From NCBI RefSeq assembly GCF_001194135.2, contig NC_068982.1:143229343-143285452 (forward strand): a stretch of DNA of 56,110 bases. Reading direction: 5' to 3'. Source of the stretch: Octopus bimaculoides (lineage: Eukaryota). The number at the start of each line of letters is the position of its first letter. Position 1 is the stretch's first letter. Made by a program: the position numbers and the translations under genes. The notes under the pieces are model-generated. The model saw only the letters and a list, made by a program, of their open reading frames with translations, made no database searches and was not told the DNA's origin. Of the stretch, positions 49,962 through 56,110 are shown piece by piece.

Positions 49962-50092
49962 GGTTTCAAATTTTGGCACAAGGTCAGCAATTTTGAGAAA
50001 AGGGCTAAATCGATTCTATCAACTGCAGTGCTTAACTAGTACTTATTCTATCGACCCAGAAAGGATGAAAGGCAAAGTCAACGTCAGTGGTG
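49715..50092 (-). mobile_element. Two family A SINEs (49715-49923, 49961-50092) separated by (TTA)n
   Basis: ttttggcacaaggtcagc tail, gaaaggatgaaaggcaaagtcaac body, ttctgccagttcgccgcc head. Confidence 0.75.
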
Positions 50093-52729
50093 TGGAGAGA
50101 AGAACCTGGTATGCACGAGCGACTGCTGGTTTTCCACAAAAAACCTTGCCCAGATTTGTGCCTTGGAGGGGAAGTTTCTGGGTGCAATCCCATGGCCATT
50201 CATGAACGAAGGGGGTCTTTATTCTTACATTTTATTTTTAGCACAAATTAGATCCGACAATTCTAGGAAGAATTGCAAACTTTAATCCCAAGGTAGAGCT
50301 AAATATAAAACAATCCTTGGTATGTAATATTTGCGATGTAGTTCTTTACCACCTACTTACTTAGCCGTTTTTTGTTGCCGAGTATATCACTTCTTGTTTT
50401 TCTTTCTGATTTGTTGTGCGGGAGAAAAATGCCTTCTGGTGTTTTCCCATAGTTGATTCCGATAGAAAGGGAAAAATAGAGTTGAAGTGTTGTACGTTTA
50501 TTACTTTATCATTATTCTTTCCTTGTTTCAGGCATTAAATTGCGGTCATGCGGGGGTACCGCTTGGTAGAATGAATGAATCGAATGAATCGACCCTAGTA
50601 CTTTTTTGTTTTTTAAACTTGGTACTTATTCACTCGATTTCTTTTGTCGAACCGCTAGTTTACAGGGACATAAACACACCAACACAGGTTCTCATGTGGT
50701 GACGGAGGATGAACACAGACAAAGAAGCTCACACACACTTACATACACGCATACACAAACATATAGCTTGTTTTTGTTGTTGATAAACCCTAGGTCAGGT
50801 TTGATCGACCATACCTTTAATTAAAGCATTCCAGCCGCGGCTTAACCACTTACTTCTAGACATTCTGTATATAAGACTATAGCTCTATTACATTATACTA
50901 TGTGTTCAATCAATTTGAAGGGAGTACAATGTGGTTTAAGGAAAATTTGGTTGCCATTTCTAGCAGGTCGGATGACGTCGAAGAATCTCCCATATTGGCT
51001 TTATGACTAAAAGTGAGACAAGTATATGATCTTAGTAGTGTTGAAAGTCTAAACGTGATTAACAAAACAACGCATTTTCGCCGATTGTATCAGCTGTATA
51101 GTAACACAACCAAATTCCACTCAGATAGCAACGGAAAATGAAATGCAAGAAATGATGGTGAAGAGATTCTCAATTATTCATATATAATTCCAGCTGTATT
51201 TAATTCCATAAGGAGACCAACACAATGTGTCTCTCCCGCTTAAACGTCTATTGAATCAAATTTAGCCTGTGACCTAAGATTAGCGTGGCCTTGCACAACC
51301 TATACTTCGACGAGATTATAAACAACTTTACATCCTCCAAGATCAATCCGTTTTCAGCTGCCATATATAGAATGAAATGAACCAATCTGCTTGTTCGTTC
51401 TATCAAACTATTTAGACAAAGCAAAGAAAATAACACAAAAATTCCAAATGAAAGACTTCGAAAATTTCTTATGCTTGTAATTCCTCGATACAGAGTTCTC
51501 TCTGGCGTCTGTTTTATCATTAATCAGTTTAGATAAAGATCAGTTGTTTTGGTGAAGATTTCTTCCATATATTAGTTCTCTCACATGAACAAGGAATAAA
51601 GATTAAGATCTTATTGAATAAGGCTGGAAAGAGTTTAAAGAATATACGGTATGTCAAGAACTAGAGAATTCTTCCTTAATTATAAGCTGTCCAGGGTACT
51701 TGAAACATCAAAATGCATGAAGTAAGTGGCGTTCTTTTCAAAAACGTCCTGATAGAGTTTTGAAAATGACTTTCGTTTCGGTAATATGAACACAATTTTA
51801 TATAAAATATTCAATCTTTTCTATGATATGAAACGCAATAGAATATGGACAGCCTTTATATCGCGGACTTGGCTATAGATTAAACTAGGATCAAAGATTT
51901 CCGCTGAGAGAATATGTATAAAAATAATTGATTGAATGATTCAACCTTTTTTTATCCTTCCTTTTTTCTTTCGCTTAGATCTATAAGTGAAAGTTATAAT
52001 GAAAAGGAAGAGAAAATTCCTTCCGATTTTATAAGTCACATATTTCATCCTTCTCTTGTTAGATGCTTCCAGAAACTTTTTAAATCTAAGATAGGCTTCG
52101 CAGAATGTTATGAATATCCTTATAAGTCAGCATAGATTATGCTTGATTTCGGCCAGCGATAGAGAAAAAATCCCTCTATAGAATTAGTAATAAAGAAGAT
52201 AAAAAACACGTAGAAATCCTTACAAAAAAGTAGATGAATAAAATATATATTCAGTGTGACTGAGAAATATATATGATATCATTAGAAATATCCAATATAT
52301 AATATTATATGAAATTAAATGACAAAAGAGTAGAAAGCACTGCGCTGTTTCTTATTGAAACGTTGATGATTGCCTCAAAATTGTATTAATTCTGGTAATT
52401 TCTTTTGGGGAAAGAGGAAGAAATATGAATATAAATATCAACTGTGTTTAAATACTCTTGTGTAATTAATAGGAATGATAGAAAGGTAGAATATAAGCGA
52501 GGAAATCGTGAACAACAAGAAGAATAGTGATGCTGAATACCGACGAGAATATTATATAAAAAAATAGTAATGCACCTACCTACCTACCTACCTGTTTGTC
52601 TAGTTATTTTTCTTCGCACAGACAGACTCTCATGTAAGCATATATAACTGTTTCGTTCCGGATATTTGTTTTGATCTCTTTAATAACACATGCTCTTACT
52701 CTCTTACCGTCTCTCACTTACACAAATAT

Positions 52730-52784
52730 ATATATAGGAGCATACATATTTGCATATAGGCGCATACATACAAGAAAAAGAACC

Positions 52785-52862
<78 letters not shown>

Positions 52863-53133
52863 ATATACATACATATATGCACGCATATATATACACACAT
52901 ACGTACATACACACACACACACAAATACATATATTCNNNNNNNNNNATATATATATATATATATGTATATATACACACATCACACACACACATATATATA
53001 TATATATGTATCTATGTATACACATATCTAACGGCCCTTCTCTCTGTGTGTCTGTCTCTGTATCTGTCTGCCTATCCATCTGAATGTCTATCTACCTACC
53101 TATGCATGTACATTTATATATATCTATATATAT

Positions 53134-53198
<65 letters not shown>

Positions 53199-53340
53199 GA
53201 GAGAATTGTGAAAAGATACGTGCATTGCGTGTTCATGATTGACGATGCATCCGCGTGTGCCTGCATGCATACAAGATACATGCATATCGTGAACAACATC
53301 GTATGCATGTAGATATGTGTGTATGTGCATGCATATTTGC
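52730..53340. repeat. Compound (CA)/(TA)/(GA) microsatellite field. Similar fields at ~4600-4970, ~22900-23230, ~35630-36090, ~37970-38300, ~44490-44830.
   Basis: Visible directly. Confidence 0.95.
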
Positions 53341-55626
53341 AAAATTGCTTTAGTTAGGAATGCAATTATTAGTTCTTCTGCCACATTTCCTAATATATTT
53401 TGTATATCTCTATTATTTTTCCCTTTATATTTTACAAGCCAAACCAATTTCTGAGATGTTTTATATGAGAGAATCTTTAGCAATATTAATATTTTATTTA
53501 TTGCTATTTATTATTCATTATTATGGACCGTACTGAGGTTAGACATTGTTAATATTCACCAATATTTTATGTCGATGTATGTCGAAGTTGTGAGCATAGA
53601 AATGGAGCTTGTTAAGAAAACAGAGCCAACAATGATGTCACATCAAAACTAAGTGTTTTTTTCTGTTTTATTATTATTTTTTTTGTAAGAATTGATCAGA
53701 AGAACTGCTAGAGTATGTTTCTAGAAAACTCTTTTCATGTTTAAATTATAAAGAATTTACAAACTTCGAGAGATAAGCTATAAATAATAGCGTGTAGGGT
53801 ATTGGGTTTAAAAAACTCGCCTTCGAGTATTATCACATCCAGGAAATTTTTTTTTAACGCAAAATACTATGCGATATTATTTATATCTTTAAAAATATAT
53901 TATTTGGTATCTCTGGAAGTTTCTAAATCCAAACTCCAAATTCTTTTATTAACAAGGTCGAATTTTTTCAATCGTAATATAAAAACTAACACGAGTATGA
54001 TATTAATTATTATTATATTTGTACATCAATCAGATCATAAATCCAATAACGGAAAATTAATGTTTTAAAGCAATTCAGAAATGATTCCCATGCTCATTCG
54101 TTTTGGAGATGAAAATTTTGCAGGTTATAGTTCGAACCATGCTTGTAGAGTAACTCTGAAAGAGGGTACACCATAGATTATGGTGGGTGCATGTGTAACT
54201 GTTCGTATTCGATGCAATAAAAACACGTTTCGGTTATTTAAAACAAGTAATTATGTTGTATGATCAAGTGTAAAATTAAAAGGAACGTTTGAGGATGTAC
54301 TGGACTCTGTATTCTTTATAATTGCTTGGAACATACTGTCCTGTAATATTCAGAATCCAAAGAATGGAACCCGGATATACCCATCAGAAAAATTGTAGCG
54401 AGACTGCATATACTAAGGGATCATTAATGTTTATCACTACTTGACGCAGTTAGCTGAAATCTTGAGTATACCTAATAGCTATTACGGTACCGCCTAGATA
54501 ATTTATCCTATATATNNNNNNNNNNNNNNNNNNNNNNNNNNNNNNNNNNNNNNNNNNNNNNNNNNNNNNNNNNNNNNNNNNNNNNNNNNNNNNNNNNNNN
54601 NNNNNNNNNNNNNNNNNNNNNNNNNNNNNNNNNNNNNNNNNNNNNNNNNNNNNNNNNNNNNNNNNNNNNNNNNNNNNNNNNNNNNNNNNNNNNNNNNNNN
54701 NNNNNNNNNNNNNNNNNNNNNNNNNNNNNNNNNNNNNNNNNNNNNNNNNNNNNNNNNNNNNNNNNNNNNNNNNNNNNNNNNNNNNNNNNNNNNNNNNNNN
54801 NNNNNNNNNNNNNNNNNNNNNNNNNNNNNNNNNNNATATATATATATATATATATACTGAGTGTGATAAATTGAATATTAATTTAATTAACATCAATTTA
54901 AAAACCATATAAGAAGTGTTTGCTGATTTTTTTCTGAAAAACATTCTTTTCTTTGTGGTTAAATCGTAGGTGATCTTTTTCTAACATATCGGATGTCCAC
55001 ACACACACATACACACACACAGAGTTGATTTCTGTAGATTTTCTCCCGAATTCCACGCACATGCGTATTCGTAAAAGATGCAGAAATCTTTGACATATAT
55101 ATTATTTTATATATATTATATAACATTATTTTTTATGTATCTGGAGGGCTGCAGTGTTTACGTCCTCGATTTTTGGATGTTATCCATATAACAACGGATA
55201 CATCTTTGTAAAGGAGAGATTTCAGTAAAATATAAAAAAACCACAGCAACAATTTCTCAACTAGCATCGTGTAAGACTTATGTATGGTAATTTCAAATAA
55301 TTTTTCTTTATTGCATTCCGTTAAATATACACTGATTTGGAAACTTCGCCAATCACCGTCTTCGTCAGACACTCTGGCAAATCTAACGACTTGAAAAACT
55401 TCAAAGTAACTTTGAAGATACATCTTGCCCACTGGAAGAATTGGACGTGAAATTTCGTATTTACGGAACGAACTTGTCAGCTTTATAGTCTTGTTTGCAA
55501 TAAAATTAGATCCGTATATAAAATTAGATTCTAGCGAAATATGACAGACAGCATCATTGATGTGCTTCACCTTTCTTAAATAAACATAGAATTGGAAATT
55601 TACTTAAAATATATGAAGACTCTTAC

Positions 55627-55760
55627 CTAAAATACCGGCTGGGAGAGACCCTTCGGTCTGTGTTTGTTTGCCAAGGGACTTGTGGGAGATTATCCACATG
55701 TATTTACTACTGGTCATCCCAAGTAAATGCGCCTGTTCTATAATGGTCAGCATCTCATGC
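55627..55760 (-). CDS. GRIN2-like: Internal coding exon A of an NMDA-type ionotropic glutamate receptor (GluN2-like), amino-terminal domain
   Basis: Minus-strand acceptor tctttcttttctatttcag|G and donor TTTTAG|gtaaga. The 134 nt (1+132+1) read HEMLTIIEQAHLLGMTSSKYMWIISHKSLGKQTQTEGSLPAGIL-G with no stop. This matches the recalled GluN2 ATD pattern A-x2-LG(L/M)T-x3-(Y/F)xW(I/V)(I/V)...(F/L)PxG(L/I)(I/L). It ends in phase 1, matching exon B. Confidence is ~0.9 that it is an exon and lower for the subunit. Confidence 0.8.
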
Positions 55761-55974
55761 CTGAAATAGAAAAGAAAGATTATTGCAAAAATTATTTATT
55801 TAAATCTTCATCTTAGTCTCTACTCTTTGTTATTTGTTTGTATTTTTCTTTATTTGTCCAAGGAAGAGGAATTGCTTTGCATGGTCTTTTCCTACATTCT
55901 CAACCTGGTTGCAGAGACTGGTTTGATTCACAGATTATCAGATGTGTGTGTGTGTGTGTACTGTCTGACCACCT

Positions 55975-56110
55975 CGGCCATGATTGATCACTAGCCAGTA
56001 AACCATTTTTATTTTCTCTCTTTGTTTATTTCTGTGCTCCTTTCTGTTCAAGATCGTAGACTCGAAACGTAAAAGACTTTCTCACTTTCTGAGCGTTAAA
56101 CTAATGCACC
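55975..56110. mobile_element. Repeat family F, second copy, opposite orientation to 7541-7697, running off the window end
   Basis: cctttctgttcaagatcgtagactcgaaacgtaaaagactttctcactttctgagcgttaaactaatgcacc. Confidence 0.7.

Noticed and set aside
51270-51412. Exon-like minus segment LIERTSRLVHFILYMAAENGLILEDVKLFII...LILG that superficially resembled the ATD helix
   Set aside because: Weak donor (gtcaca), no conserved Trp, and exon 55627-55760 fits the motif and phase far better.

Overview
AT-rich, gap-ridden animal genomic DNA. The SINE and microsatellite landscape looks like coleoid cephalopod (Octopus-type) DNA; that assignment is an inference. The main feature, absent from the ORF track as a gene, is a pair of minus-strand coding exons, 55760-55627 (134 nt) and 28255-28069 (187 nt). 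Both have canonical splice sites and compatible phase, and they join across a ~27.4 kb intron to give ...HEMLTIIEQAHLLGMTSSKYMWIISHKSLGKQTQTEGSLPAGILG|ISFEFEMDHMKLLIERATKIWTDALIVLARHTTNLNGPSFHLNMSCDGTRPLRWEEGKHLYR.... This resembles the distal amino-terminal (LIVBP-like) domain of an NMDA-type glutamate receptor, most like GluN2. The rest of the window is probably intron of that gene. It holds several tRNA-derived SINE families, RTE and R4/Dong LINE fragments, a mariner pseudogene, a hAT 5' fragment, Penelope-type hammerhead-like relics, a ~200-bp foldback element, microsatellites and N gaps. The best leads are an isolated 72-nt GC-rich hairpin (22827-22898), an ~83-bp direct duplication flanking a SINE (9624-10188), degenerate hammerhead-ribozyme motifs in two repeat families, R4 elements chained in (TAA)n next to an exon, candidate micro and poison exons, and inverted SINE pairs that could form dsRNA in the pre-mRNA. 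All calls are by eye, no database search was run, and repeat boundaries are approximate.
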